A DNA stretch of 64,000 nt from an uncultured Clostridia bacterium (GTDB lineage Bacteria > Bacillota > Clostridia > TANB77 > CAG-508): contig CAKOUO010000001.1 in assembly GCA_934120645.1 (NCBI GenBank), positions 203,636-267,635 on the forward strand, read 5' to 3'. How positions within the stretch are numbered: the stretch's first letter is position 1; every line of letters starts with the position of its first letter. Made by a program: the position numbers and the translations under genes. Under the pieces are notes generated by a model. That model worked only from the letters and a program-made list of their open reading frames with translations. It searched no databases and had not been told where the DNA came from. Positions 46,713 through 56,258 of the stretch are shown piece by piece.

Positions 46713-48728
46713 TTAATCTACAATTCTTATAATTTCAGCAACACTCCACGCTTGTGCTATTGCTCCTTTTGGTTCTTGTGGTTTTCTAGAATCATATATT
46801 TCTGCAATGTTTCCTATACATCCATTTTCATTTATTTCTTTTCTAAATGTTGTTTGAGTTGTTTCTATAAATTTTTGTAGTTTTTCTTCTAATTCTTTTT
46901 TATATGTTTTTCTTTTTTCTGCTTCTATCATATTTTTTAGTGCATTATAATATAATCCTAATAGCCATGTCCAAGTTATTCCTTGGTGGTAGCTCATATC
47001 TCTTTTTAAACCATCTCCTTCATATACATCAACATAGTTTGGTTCTCCTTTTGCTAATGATTTTAATCCATATTTATTTAGCAATTTCTTTTCTACTATA
47101 TTAATTATATTGTAGGCAATTTCTGAATTTGGTTCTATTATTGGATATGTTAGGCTTAAGCTAAATAATTGATTTGGTCTTATTTTGCTATCTCCTAAAA
47201 CATCATATAAGCATTTTCTTCTTGCATTATAGAATTTTTCATTAAATGATTCTTTACATTTTTTTGCCAACTCTTTATATTTTTTTGCATTACTCTTTTT
47301 GCCTATTTTTAATGTTAAGTCAGACATTATCATTAATCCATTGTACCATAAGCTATTTATTTCAACAGCCTTTCCATTTCTTGGTGTTGCTGCTATATCT
47401 CCGCATTTAGCGTCCATCCATGTGTTTTGTGTGTTTTCTGTTCCTGATGATATTAAAAAATCTTTGTCTAAATATATATTGTTATTATCTACATCTATTC
47501 CTTTGCAGTAATTTTCAATTATTTTTTCTAGTTTTTCATATATATATTCTTTTATAAATTCATAATCACCTGTATAATCTATATATTTTTGAACTTGTTC
47601 AAATAGCAACAATGAAGCATCTACACTATTATATAATGGTCTATTATCAAATCCTGAGTATCCATTTGGTACTAAGCCAAATTTTATATCTCTTATCATT
47701 GTTAGTAAAACCTCTTTTGCTATTTCATACCTTTTCGTTTTTAATAATAACCCTTCTAATGATATTAAGCTATCTCTTCCCCAGTCTAAAAACCATGGAT
47801 ATCCGGCTATTATAGTGTGTAACCCAAATGCTGGTCTATATACTATAAATTTGTCTGAAGCTATAATTAATTCTTTTATTAGTTCTGTATCTTTATCGTT
47901 TTTTTCTATGTTTTCTATTAATTCTGTTTTATCTATAATATTTTTTAATCTCTTTGTTTCTTTTTTTATTAAATCTTTTACATTAATTTCTTCTATATTT
48001 TCTTCAAAAGAGCATATAAAAGATAATTCTTTTTCTTCATTTGGATTTATTTCTACTTCATAAATACCTGTTACACAATGATTTTCTTTTGGATAAAATC
48101 CTCTTTTTTGTTCTTCAATATAAAACATATTTTTAAAAGTATCATTTTCATGTCTTATATAGCTTCCTTCTGATAAATTCATATATACTGGAAATTTTGC
48201 CATTCCATCTATTTCTAGTTTTACTTTTGTGCCATTTATTTTTTGTTTAACATCAAATATATGGTCTGTACTCATACTATGAAAATCTCTAAAGTTAACA
48301 ATTGGAGCTATTGTTAATTTAGCTTTTTTGTTTCCATTTGTTATTTTATAATAAACTCCAACTGTATTTTTACCATACTCCATACATATTGTTTTTGTTA
48401 TTTTTACATCTTCTATTTTATATTCAAAAGTTGGAACATATTCATATTCGAATTTTTCTTGATATTTATATCCTTGTGATACATAGTTTTCACATACATT
48501 TGTATATATATCATGTTTTATTCCTTCTATTTCTATGCTTTCATCTACTTTTGATAATATTAAATATCTTCTTGCTGGAGGTGTTAGTGGTGCTATTAAT
48601 AATCCATGGTATTTCCTTGTATTTGCTCCTATTATTGTTGAACTTGAGAATCCCCCAATTCCATTTGTTATTAGCCATTCTTTCTTTAGTCCTTCTTCTA
48701 AATTTAAATTATCTTTTGTTAGTTTCAT
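46713..48728 (-). CDS. Amylo-alpha-1,6-glucosidase / glycogen debranching enzyme family protein (bacterial GDE N-terminal + GDE_C)
   Basis: N-terminus EWLITNGIGGFSSSTIIGANTRKYHGLLIAPL (GDE_N_bis-like). (alpha/alpha)6-barrel C-terminal region (IIAGYPWFLDWGRDSLISLEGLLL). Start chosen at the Met with a GGAGG RBS. Confidence 0.7.
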   Translation of the reverse strand: MKLTKDNLNLEEGLKKEWLITNGIGGFSSSTIIGANTRKYHGLLIAPLTPPARRYLILSKVDESIEIEGIKHDIYTNVCENYVSQGYKYQEKFEYEYVPTFEYKIEDVKITKTICMEYGKNTVGVYYKITNGNKKAKLTIAPIVNFRDFHSMSTDHIFDVKQKINGTKVKLEIDGMAKFPVYMNLSEGSYIRHENDTFKNMFYIEEQKRGFYPKENHCVTGIYEVEINPNEEKELSFICSFEENIEEINVKDLIKKETKRLKNIIDKTELIENIEKNDKDTELIKELIIASDKFIVYRPAFGLHTIIAGYPWFLDWGRDSLISLEGLLLKTKRYEIAKEVLLTMIRDIKFGLVPNGYSGFDNRPLYNSVDASLLLFEQVQKYIDYTGDYEFIKEYIYEKLEKIIENYCKGIDVDNNNIYLDKDFLISSGTENTQNTWMDAKCGDIAATPRNGKAVEINSLWYNGLMIMSDLTLKIGKKSNAKKYKELAKKCKESFNEKFYNARRKCLYDVLGDSKIRPNQLFSLSLTYPIIEPNSEIAYNIINIVEKKLLNKYGLKSLAKGEPNYVDVYEGDGLKRDMSYHQGITWTWLLGLYYNALKNMIEAEKRKTYKKELEEKLQKFIETTQTTFRKEINENGCIGNIAEIYDSRKPQEPKGAIAQAWSVAEIIRIVD

Positions 48729-48739
48729 TTTTTCCTCCA

Positions 48740-50383
48740 TTATTTGAATTTACTTTCATCTAAATTTTTCAACATATCTTCTCTTATTTCTTGTGGTGAC
48801 TTTCTCCTTCTTCCTCTTGCACTTTTTGGTTTTGAAGCAACACTTGATTTTTTTGTTTCTTTTTTTAGTTGCTTTTCCTTTTTCATTTTTTCTTCTTTTA
48901 ATTTTATCATTTCATCTGCTTCTTTTATAGATGCTATTCTGTCACTATATTTATCATTAAATTTGCTTTTTCTCTTTGTGTTTTTTTCTTTAGAAGTATT
49001 TTTATTTTTCTTTTCATCTTTTTTCATTTGTTTTTTTATCTTGCTAATTCTTTTGTCTTCTCTTAATTTATTATTTAACATTAAGTATTGTGGATCATTT
49101 TGCTTATCTTGATATTTTAAATCATCACATATTAATTCTATTATTGATGATGCTACTAAATCTGGGTCATGTCTTATGCATCCATTTGTTATCATTGATA
49201 AATTTCTTTGTAAAAATGTAATTCCTTTTATTTTATCTATATCAGGATATACTAGGTCTTGTCCTTCTAAATTATATTTTTTTATAAATTCTGGAACAAC
49301 TTCTCCTGTATCATATATACAATAATCTACAATTCCTTTTCCACAATGTTCAATTATAGCATTTAAGTGATCAGAAACACTATATTCGTCAGTTTGTCCA
49401 GGTTCTGTCATGATATTACTTATATATACTTTTAAACCTGTTGATTCTTTTATTGCTCTTGCTACACCATTTACTAAAAGATTTGGTATTACATTTGTGT
49501 ATAAACTTCCTGGTCCTATTACAATGCAATCTGCTTCTTTTATTGCCTCTATTACTCCTGGTGCTGGTCTGCAGTTTGTTGGATTTAAATAAATTCTATT
49601 TATTTTTGTAACTTTTTCATAAACCATTTCTGGTATTTTTGATTTTTCTGTTACTATGTATCCATTTGCAAGTTCTGCTGTTATATTCATTTCGTCTAAT
49701 GTTACTGGTATTACTTTTCCAACAATATTTAAAACCTTATTACTTTTTATTATAGAATCTGCAAATTCATTATCATTAATATTTTTCATTGCAGAAAAAT
49801 ATATATCTGCAAATGATATGTTGTTTAATTTTCCACTTTTAAATTTATAATTAAATAATTTTTCCATTTCATTGTCTTGAGTTGAAGCAAGTGCTATCAT
49901 ACTGTCTTTTATATCATCAATTGGTAAATTACCTAATTCTTTTCTAGATTCTGTTTCTGTTTCTCCATAGTCTGAAACTGTTACAATTGCTGTTAAATTA
50001 TCTGTATATTTTTTTAATCCAGATAATACTGTATTTAATCCTGTTCCTCCTCCAATAACAACTATATTAGGTCCTTGATGATATACTTTTTTGTCGAATA
50101 TTAGTGATTTTACATTGACATTCTTTTTATCATTCATTCTATCATCTGTTGATTCAATTAATACTTCTAGTGTTCTCTTATTTAAAAATACTAATCCTAA
50201 TATAATAGAAACAAATCCTATAACAAATATTATTATTATCTTTGCAAGTTCATTAAAAGACATTTCTTTTAATACTAATATTTCAGCTATTCCATAGCAT
50301 GTAAGCAAAATACCTATTAAAATTAACATTATCCATCTTTTCATTTTACTACTTGATTTAAACCATTGCATAAATCCATTCAT
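48740..50383 (-). CDS. yvcK: YvcK/CofD-family (UPF0052, gluconeogenesis factor-like) protein with an extra N-terminal 2-TM anchor and a C-terminal Lys/Glu-rich tail of about 110 aa
   Basis: Core VVIGGGTGLNTVLSGLKKYTDNLTAIVTVSDYGE. N-terminal hydrophobic helices WIMLILIGILLTCYGIAEILVL and IIIFVIGFVSIILGLVFL. C-terminal KKQMKKDEKKNKNTSKEKNTKRKSK... GGAGGG RBS. Confidence 0.7.
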   Translation of the reverse strand: MNGFMQWFKSSSKMKRWIMLILIGILLTCYGIAEILVLKEMSFNELAKIIIIFVIGFVSIILGLVFLNKRTLEVLIESTDDRMNDKKNVNVKSLIFDKKVYHQGPNIVVIGGGTGLNTVLSGLKKYTDNLTAIVTVSDYGETETESRKELGNLPIDDIKDSMIALASTQDNEMEKLFNYKFKSGKLNNISFADIYFSAMKNINDNEFADSIIKSNKVLNIVGKVIPVTLDEMNITAELANGYIVTEKSKIPEMVYEKVTKINRIYLNPTNCRPAPGVIEAIKEADCIVIGPGSLYTNVIPNLLVNGVARAIKESTGLKVYISNIMTEPGQTDEYSVSDHLNAIIEHCGKGIVDYCIYDTGEVVPEFIKKYNLEGQDLVYPDIDKIKGITFLQRNLSMITNGCIRHDPDLVASSIIELICDDLKYQDKQNDPQYLMLNNKLREDKRISKIKKQMKKDEKKNKNTSKEKNTKRKSKFNDKYSDRIASIKEADEMIKLKEEKMKKEKQLKKETKKSSVASKPKSARGRRRKSPQEIREDMLKNLDESKFK

Positions 50384-50422
50384 TTTTTGTTCCCTCCATT
50401 ATGTTTTGTTGCATATTACAAA

Positions 50423-51349
50423 TTACTCTCCTATAATTTGTATTTCTAATTTTATTTTCTTTCCAAATTTTTCATATACTTTTTCTGTTATGTATTTTAC
50501 TAATTCTAATACATCTTTTGCAGTAGCATTTCCCTTATTTATTATAAATCCTGCATGTTTTTCTGATACTTGTGCATCTCCTATTGAATACCCTTTTAGT
50601 CCTGCTTGATCTATTAATTGTGCTGTTATATAATCTTCTCCTCTTTTAAATGTGCTTCCTGCACTTGGGTATTCTATTGGTTGTTTTTCTTTTCTGTATT
50701 TAGAATATTCTTCCATTTTTTGTTTTATATTCTCTTTTTTCCCTTTTTCTAATTTTAAAACTATTTGTAATATAATATATCTTTCATCTATGAATTTACT
50801 TTTTCTGTATTGAAATTCACATTGTTCTTTTGTAAATTCATGAATTTTTCCATTAAAATCCATAGCAATTACTTTTTCTGTTATATCTTTTAATTCTTTT
50901 CCATGTGCACCAGCATTCATTGTAATTGCTCCACCCATTGTTCCTGGTATTCCAGATATTTCTTCAAATCCTGTTATTTCTAAGTTTAATAATTTTTGTG
51001 CTAATAATCCTATTGGTACTCCGCAGTCTGTAATTACTTCTATTTGGTTATTTTTGTCTTCTATTTTTATTTCCTTCATGTCTATTTTTGCAACAATTCC
51101 TTTAATTCCTTTATCTGTTACTAATAAGTTGCTTCCATTACCTATAATTGTTATTGGAATATTGTTTTTTTGGACAAATTCTAATACTTTTCTTAATTCT
51201 TCAATTGTAGATATTTTAACAAAAAAATCAGCTGCTCCACCAATTTTAAATGATGTGTGGTTTTTCATTAATTCATCTTGTTTTATTTTATCTTTTGGAA
51301 TTATTTTTTCTAGGCTCTTTTTTATTTCTTCCTTTTCCAAATTACACAC
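50423..51349 (-). CDS. murB: UDP-N-acetylenolpyruvoylglucosamine reductase
   Basis: FAD-binding domain (HTSFKIGGAADFF...ITIIGNGSNLL), 308 aa. Apparent GTG start. Confidence 0.85.
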   Translation of the reverse strand: MCNLEKEEIKKSLEKIIPKDKIKQDELMKNHTSFKIGGAADFFVKISTIEELRKVLEFVQKNNIPITIIGNGSNLLVTDKGIKGIVAKIDMKEIKIEDKNNQIEVITDCGVPIGLLAQKLLNLEITGFEEISGIPGTMGGAITMNAGAHGKELKDITEKVIAMDFNGKIHEFTKEQCEFQYRKSKFIDERYIILQIVLKLEKGKKENIKQKMEEYSKYRKEKQPIEYPSAGSTFKRGEDYITAQLIDQAGLKGYSIGDAQVSEKHAGFIINKGNATAKDVLELVKYITEKVYEKFGKKIKLEIQIIGE

Positions 51350-51360
51350 TCACTTTCTTT

Positions 51361-51825
51361 TTAAGTATCACTTTTTGAATACGTATATAATGCTCTTTTT
51401 TCATTCGTTACTTTTTTGGTTTTATTTATAACTTCTCCTGTACTATAATTTATTATATATATATCGTCTTCATTCGAAATTCCTAGATTTTTTAAATCTG
51501 TCTTATTTAACTCTTTATACTCACTTGTTGTTCCTTTTAAAATTATATTTGCTCCTGATAAAGAGTTTATTTCATCTATTAGTTCTTGAACTTTTGATTT
51601 TTCTACTACTGTTCCTGGTAATTCTTCTTTTGTTAATTGTGCTTTTGTATATCTTTCTAATGCAGCATGTTGAATTATATCTAACTCAGATATTTCTGCA
51701 CTTTCACTTGTTTTATCTTTACTATTCATTGTTCCTATTATTGATATTCCTGATAGAATTAACAATATAACCATTGTTAATATTAAAGCTATTAATGTTA
51801 TTCCTTTTTCTTTTCTTATGTTCAT
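51361..51825 (-). CDS. Small pilin-like protein (154 aa) with the same non-canonical prepilin-type N-terminus (MNIRKEKG then ITLIALILTMVILLILSGISII)
   Basis: Start placed at the internal ATG with an AAAGGAGAAAAAG RBS. The N-terminal 30 residues are nearly identical to the 37705 protein. Downstream of, and co-oriented with, the 849-aa protein. Confidence 0.5.
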   Translation of the reverse strand: MNIRKEKGITLIALILTMVILLILSGISIIGTMNSKDKTSESAEISELDIIQHAALERYTKAQLTKEELPGTVVEKSKVQELIDEINSLSGANIILKGTTSEYKELNKTDLKNLGISNEDDIYIINYSTGEVINKTKKVTNEKRALYTYSKSDT

Positions 51826-51991
51826 CTTTTTCTCCTTTGTGTTTAAAATTTTCACTAATACTATATCATTTTTTTATCAAAAAAACAATGCTTCATTTTT
51901 ATTTAATTAAATATTTTATAGTTTTATTAGTAAACAATAATAAAACTCACTTGTTAGACATATAACTGTCTTTCTAAGTGAGTTTATTTTA

Positions 51992-54541
51992 TTAATAATA
52001 CATTTCGTTTACTCTTCCATGTGATATATATCCATCTGATATTACAAATCTTATCCAATAAGTATTTTCTGTAATATTAACTTTGCTCGTAGAAGTTGTG
52101 TTATTTCCTTGTTGTACTGATGTTAATATATTTCTATTTTCGTCTAATGTCTGCATTGTAATCGTAACCCAAGATGAGCCATCTGCCCAATTAACATTTA
52201 GTGTTTTTCCAACAGCACTTCTGTCTACTTTTACATATCTATTTACTCCAGCTCCATTTATTTCATTCCATCCTGTTCCAAGTTTTACATATCCTGCAAA
52301 TGTATTTATATTTCCATCATATGCTCCTTTTCCTAGTGCATCCTCGGCCATAGAATCAAATGATGAGTCATATACATAGCCTCCTACATTAATAATATCA
52401 GATTCAATTTCATTACTTATGCTTTTAACTTTTATTAATCCATAATCATTATAAGTTGTTTGGACTATACCTGTATATTTTTCCCATGTATTTCCACCAT
52501 CTAGACTATAATAGTTAATACAATCATCATCATTTGTTAATTCTATTTTTATTTGTTCTCCTTTAGATATTTCTGTACCGCAATTCATTACTCCAGTATC
52601 TGTTAATGTTGGATATTCTATTTCATAATTTTTATCATTTACTTTTATTTTAGGTACTTTTGGCTTTGAATATGTGCTCATTAATATTTCATTTGAAGAA
52701 ACTTGGTTGTCACCATATTTAAGAATAACTCTTACTTTATACTCTGTTCCATATTCTAATTCTTCAATTGTTTCACTTAAACTTGTTGTTTCCTCTATCT
52801 TTTTTTCATCATTTATATAATAGTCATATGTTATTCCTTCTAAATTTGTATTATTTTCTGTTATGTTTATTTTTATTGATGTTCCCTTATTTTCACTAAT
52901 TGCTATTGTTGGTGATTTTATATTTATGTCTTGTAATGTTATACTTCCATCTCCACCATTTCCACCTAGATTTTCTCCAGTTCCACCTGTTGCTTCTATT
53001 GTTCCTTTATTTATAAGTTTATTATAGAATATGTTTATTGAGCCTCCTCCTGATGCTCCACCATTCGTACTATTGGTTCCTTTTGAAGTTATATTTCCGT
53101 TTAAATTATTAAAATTATTGGCATATATTGTTAATAATCCTCCTGTTCCTGTCGTTCCACTTTGGATACGTCCTGTCCCTCCGGGATTTCCAGTACCTCC
53201 TATAGCTCCACTTCCTCCTGTTCCACCATTTTCTTCTCCAGCAGAGCCTCCTACATTTTGATATGAGCTTCCACCCTCTGATACAGACTGTCCGCTTCCT
53301 CCTCCTGGGCCTCCTGAATAAGAACTTCCAGAAGCTCCACTTCCAGAAGTAATAGACCAATAGAATGAAGAAACTCCTCCAGAAGCACCTCCACCTGTTT
53401 GTCTTCCTATTCCATTATTGCCTTTATTTCCATGTGCACTACTTGAGCTTACACTTTCTCCTCCAGTTGCTCCAACTGCTGGTACATAATCATTTTGCCA
53501 TAAGTATACATTTTGTCCTTCTGCTTTTGCTCCTCTTGCTGTCATACTTATTTCTCCATTGTTTGTTAAATCTCCTGCAACATATAAAAATATTCCTTTT
53601 TTCCTTGTTTGTGCTGTTATTATTCTGTCTGTGTTAACATTTAAGTTTCCATTATATTTCATTATTACCATTCTGCTATCTTCTTCTGATGTTCCTAAAT
53701 TCTTGTCTGTTATATAATTTACATTATCATCATAATTATATATTTCAGCTGGATATTCTTCTCCTTTTACTTTTAATGTATAATTTCCTGATTTTATATT
53801 ATTATCTTTAATACATGCTATTATGCTATCTCCTTCTAGCACTTGTTCTTCATTATTATATAAATCTGTTGTAATTGGTAAATCTGTTATTTTTTTATAT
53901 ACATCTACTGTATTTCCATCTGTTGCTACTTTTTTTACTTTTAGTGTTACATTTCCTTCTGTGTCTTGCCAGCTATTTTCATTTATTTTATATTTGTCTA
54001 CATTTACTATTTGATAATCTGGAATCTCTATCCATTTATCATTATTTTCTCCTATTGAGTAATAATATTTATATTCGTTTTCTCCATCATATTTTTTCGT
54101 TATTTTATAATCTTGTTCTGTTGTTATTTCTTGTATCTTTTCTATTCCTATTAAACTATTTCTAAAATTTTCATCTACATTTATTGTTTCTGTCATTGTT
54201 TCTCCTGTTGTTGATTTACTTGTAAATGTATATGTTCCATCTTTTTCTATTACATAGTCTATTCCAACTTGTTCTTGACCTGCACATGTTAATTTATCAC
54301 CATCTGGATATTCTATTTCACTTATTCCATTTTCAGTGTCTGTTATTTTCATTATCATTTTTATTTTATTATCTGTATTTGAGTATATTTCATATGTTAT
54401 TTTTTTTGTTTCTAATCCTAATACTTTTTTTGCTGTTTTTACTATATTTTGTCTATTTTGAATTATTATAATTGACAACAAAAGTACTACTATAAAAATA
54501 ATTAATATAATTCTTATTTTCTTATTTTTTATCTTTTTCAT
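51992..54541 (-). CDS. Large (849 aa) cell-surface protein: N-terminal signal-anchor, the domain shared with the 37705 protein, a long Gly/Ser/Thr-rich low-complexity region (GGxGG repeats), and a C-terminal beta-sandwich-like domain
   Basis: Signal anchor MKKIKNKKIRIILIIFIVVLLLSIIII. Shared domain TENGISEIEYPDGDKLTCAGQEQVGIDY. Gly-rich stretch at about residues 340-520. GGAG RBS. Confidence 0.5.
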   Translation of the reverse strand: MKKIKNKKIRIILIIFIVVLLLSIIIIQNRQNIVKTAKKVLGLETKKITYEIYSNTDNKIKMIMKITDTENGISEIEYPDGDKLTCAGQEQVGIDYVIEKDGTYTFTSKSTTGETMTETINVDENFRNSLIGIEKIQEITTEQDYKITKKYDGENEYKYYYSIGENNDKWIEIPDYQIVNVDKYKINENSWQDTEGNVTLKVKKVATDGNTVDVYKKITDLPITTDLYNNEEQVLEGDSIIACIKDNNIKSGNYTLKVKGEEYPAEIYNYDDNVNYITDKNLGTSEEDSRMVIMKYNGNLNVNTDRIITAQTRKKGIFLYVAGDLTNNGEISMTARGAKAEGQNVYLWQNDYVPAVGATGGESVSSSSAHGNKGNNGIGRQTGGGASGGVSSFYWSITSGSGASGSSYSGGPGGGSGQSVSEGGSSYQNVGGSAGEENGGTGGSGAIGGTGNPGGTGRIQSGTTGTGGLLTIYANNFNNLNGNITSKGTNSTNGGASGGGSINIFYNKLINKGTIEATGGTGENLGGNGGDGSITLQDINIKSPTIAISENKGTSIKINITENNTNLEGITYDYYINDEKKIEETTSLSETIEELEYGTEYKVRVILKYGDNQVSSNEILMSTYSKPKVPKIKVNDKNYEIEYPTLTDTGVMNCGTEISKGEQIKIELTNDDDCINYYSLDGGNTWEKYTGIVQTTYNDYGLIKVKSISNEIESDIINVGGYVYDSSFDSMAEDALGKGAYDGNINTFAGYVKLGTGWNEINGAGVNRYVKVDRSAVGKTLNVNWADGSSWVTITMQTLDENRNILTSVQQGNNTTSTSKVNITENTYWIRFVISDGYISHGRVNEMYY

Positions 54542-54776
54542 AAAATTTATCCTTTTCTCCCTATTTTATAAAATTATATCATAACTTTTATTTTTTGTAT
54601 GTATCATTTATGTTACAATTTTATTACATATAACATTTAAAAAAATTCGATAATAAAATATTTTATACACAAAACATTTTGCCTGTTTTTTTGCCAGAAA
54701 TACTTTATTTTTCCAACAATTTATAGTATAATATAAATGTATGCAAAATAAATTTAATTAAATGGAGATGAATTTT

Positions 54777-55223
54777 ATGTGGCAAGTTTGGTTAATTATT
54801 GCTGGTTTATTTTTTATTGGTGAAATAGCAACAGTAGGCTTTTTAATATTTTGGTTCGGAATTGGAGCGTTACTTGCAATGATAGTAAGTTTCTTTGTAT
54901 CAAATGTTATAATTCAAACAGCCGTATTTATAATATCTTCAACAATTCTAATTTTTGCAACAAAACCTTTTGTAAAAAAATTTGTTGATGTCAAAAAAAC
55001 AAATACTAATGCTTTTTCAATTATTGGCAAAAAGGCTTTAGTTATAAAAGAAATCAATCCTATTCATTCAACAGGTCAAATAAAAATCAATGGTGAAGTT
55101 TGGTCTGCTGAAAGCGAAAATTCTGAAATAATACAAGAAGGTTTAGAAGTTGAAATTTTACAAATAAAAGGTGTTAAAGCAATTGTAAAACCTATTATTA
55201 TTAATGAAAAAATTTCATCTTAA
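54777..55223 (+). CDS. NfeD-family membrane protein (short form, C-terminal OB-fold)
   Basis: Two TM helices followed by a beta-rich C-terminal domain. Immediately upstream of the stomatin gene, the classic nfeD-stomatin operon. Start at the ATG 8 nt after GGAG; earlier in-frame ATGs exist at 54762 and 54768. Confidence 0.65.
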   Translation: MWQVWLIIAGLFFIGEIATVGFLIFWFGIGALLAMIVSFFVSNVIIQTAVFIISSTILIFATKPFVKKFVDVKKTNTNAFSIIGKKALVIKEINPIHSTGQIKINGEVWSAESENSEIIQEGLEVEILQIKGVKAIVKPIIINEKISS

Positions 55224-55303
55224 ATTTAGTTTTTTATATTACTTAAATTTTTTAAGTGTTTTTATATACATAAACAAACATAATTTATAAGGAGGATTTA
55301 ATT

Positions 55304-56209
55304 ATGGTATTTTTATTAATTTTATTAGCTATAATATTAATCATAGCATTTAAATCAATAAAAGTTGTTAAACAATCTGAGGTTTATATTATTGAAAGAT
55401 TAGGTAAATTTTATAAAGTAGCTGATGCCGGTCTTACAATTATAATTCCATTTTTTGATCATGTAAGAAGTGTTGTAAGTTTAAAACAACAAACAATGGA
55501 TGTTCCACCTCAAGGAGTTATTACTAAAGATAATGTTACAATTACAATAGATACTGTTGTTTTCTATCAAATAACAGACCCTGCAAAAGCAGTTTATGAA
55601 ATTCAAAGTTTGAAAAAAGGTATTGAATACTTAGCTATTACTACAATTCGTGATATCATTGGTAAAATGGACTTAGATGAAACATTTAGTTCAAGAGATG
55701 GTATTAATAATCAATTAAGAGTTGTTCTTGATGAAGCTACTGATAGATGGGGATGTAAAATAGATAGAGTTGAAATTAAAGATATTACACCACCTGCTGA
55801 TATTAGAGATGCAATGGAAAAAGAAATGAATGCAGAAAGAAATAAAAGAGCTTTAATTCTAGAATCTGAAGCTCAAAGACAATCTGCTATAACTATTGCT
55901 GAAGGTAAAAAACAAGCTGCTATATTAGAAGCTGAAGCTGATAAAGAAGCAAGAATTACTAGAGCTGCCGGTGAAGCACAAGCTATTAAAGAAGTTGCTG
56001 AAGCTAAGGCAAAAGAAATTCAAATGGTTTATGAAGCTATTAAGAAATCAGATCCTGATGAAAAATTAGTTCAATTAAAATCACTTGAAGCTTTAGAGAA
56101 AGTTGCTGATGGAGAGGCTAATAAAGTATTTATTCCTTTTGAAGCAACTAGTGCTCTTTCAAGTTTAGGTGCTATTAAAGAAGTTGTAAAAGATGATAAG
56201 AAAAAATAA
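55304..56209 (+). CDS. SPFH/Band-7 stomatin-like protein
   Basis: N-terminal TM segment, SPFH domain (VVKQSEVYIIERLGKF...DVPPQGVITKDNVTITIDTVVFYQI), and a C-terminal coiled-coil. RBS AGGAGGAT. Confidence 0.8.
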   Translation: MVFLLILLAIILIIAFKSIKVVKQSEVYIIERLGKFYKVADAGLTIIIPFFDHVRSVVSLKQQTMDVPPQGVITKDNVTITIDTVVFYQITDPAKAVYEIQSLKKGIEYLAITTIRDIIGKMDLDETFSSRDGINNQLRVVLDEATDRWGCKIDRVEIKDITPPADIRDAMEKEMNAERNKRALILESEAQRQSAITIAEGKKQAAILEAEADKEARITRAAGEAQAIKEVAEAKAKEIQMVYEAIKKSDPDEKLVQLKSLEALEKVADGEANKVFIPFEATSALSSLGAIKEVVKDDKKK

Positions 56210-56222
56210 TTTTAAAATATGA

Positions 56223-56252
56223 ATTAGGGACCAAATAATTGGTCCCTAATAT
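56223..56252. terminator. Bidirectional terminator tagggaccaaataattggtcccta
   Basis: An 8-bp GC-containing stem between the convergent stomatin and argS genes. Confidence 0.5.
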
Positions 56253-56258
56253 TAATTT

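Noticed and set aside
53115-53360. Minus-strand 81-aa ORF encoding an Arg/Lys/Trp-rich peptide (RRPRRRKR...) inside the 849-aa gene
   Set aside because: It is an alternative frame of the GGN-rich Gly-repeat region of the real gene. The composition is a low-complexity artefact, with no RBS and no independent support.
54762-54776. Upstream ATG start for the NfeD gene (MEMNFMWQ...)
   Set aside because: The first ATG has no RBS. The GGAG lies inside these codons and is positioned 8 nt before the third ATG (54777), which is therefore preferred. The difference is only 5 residues.
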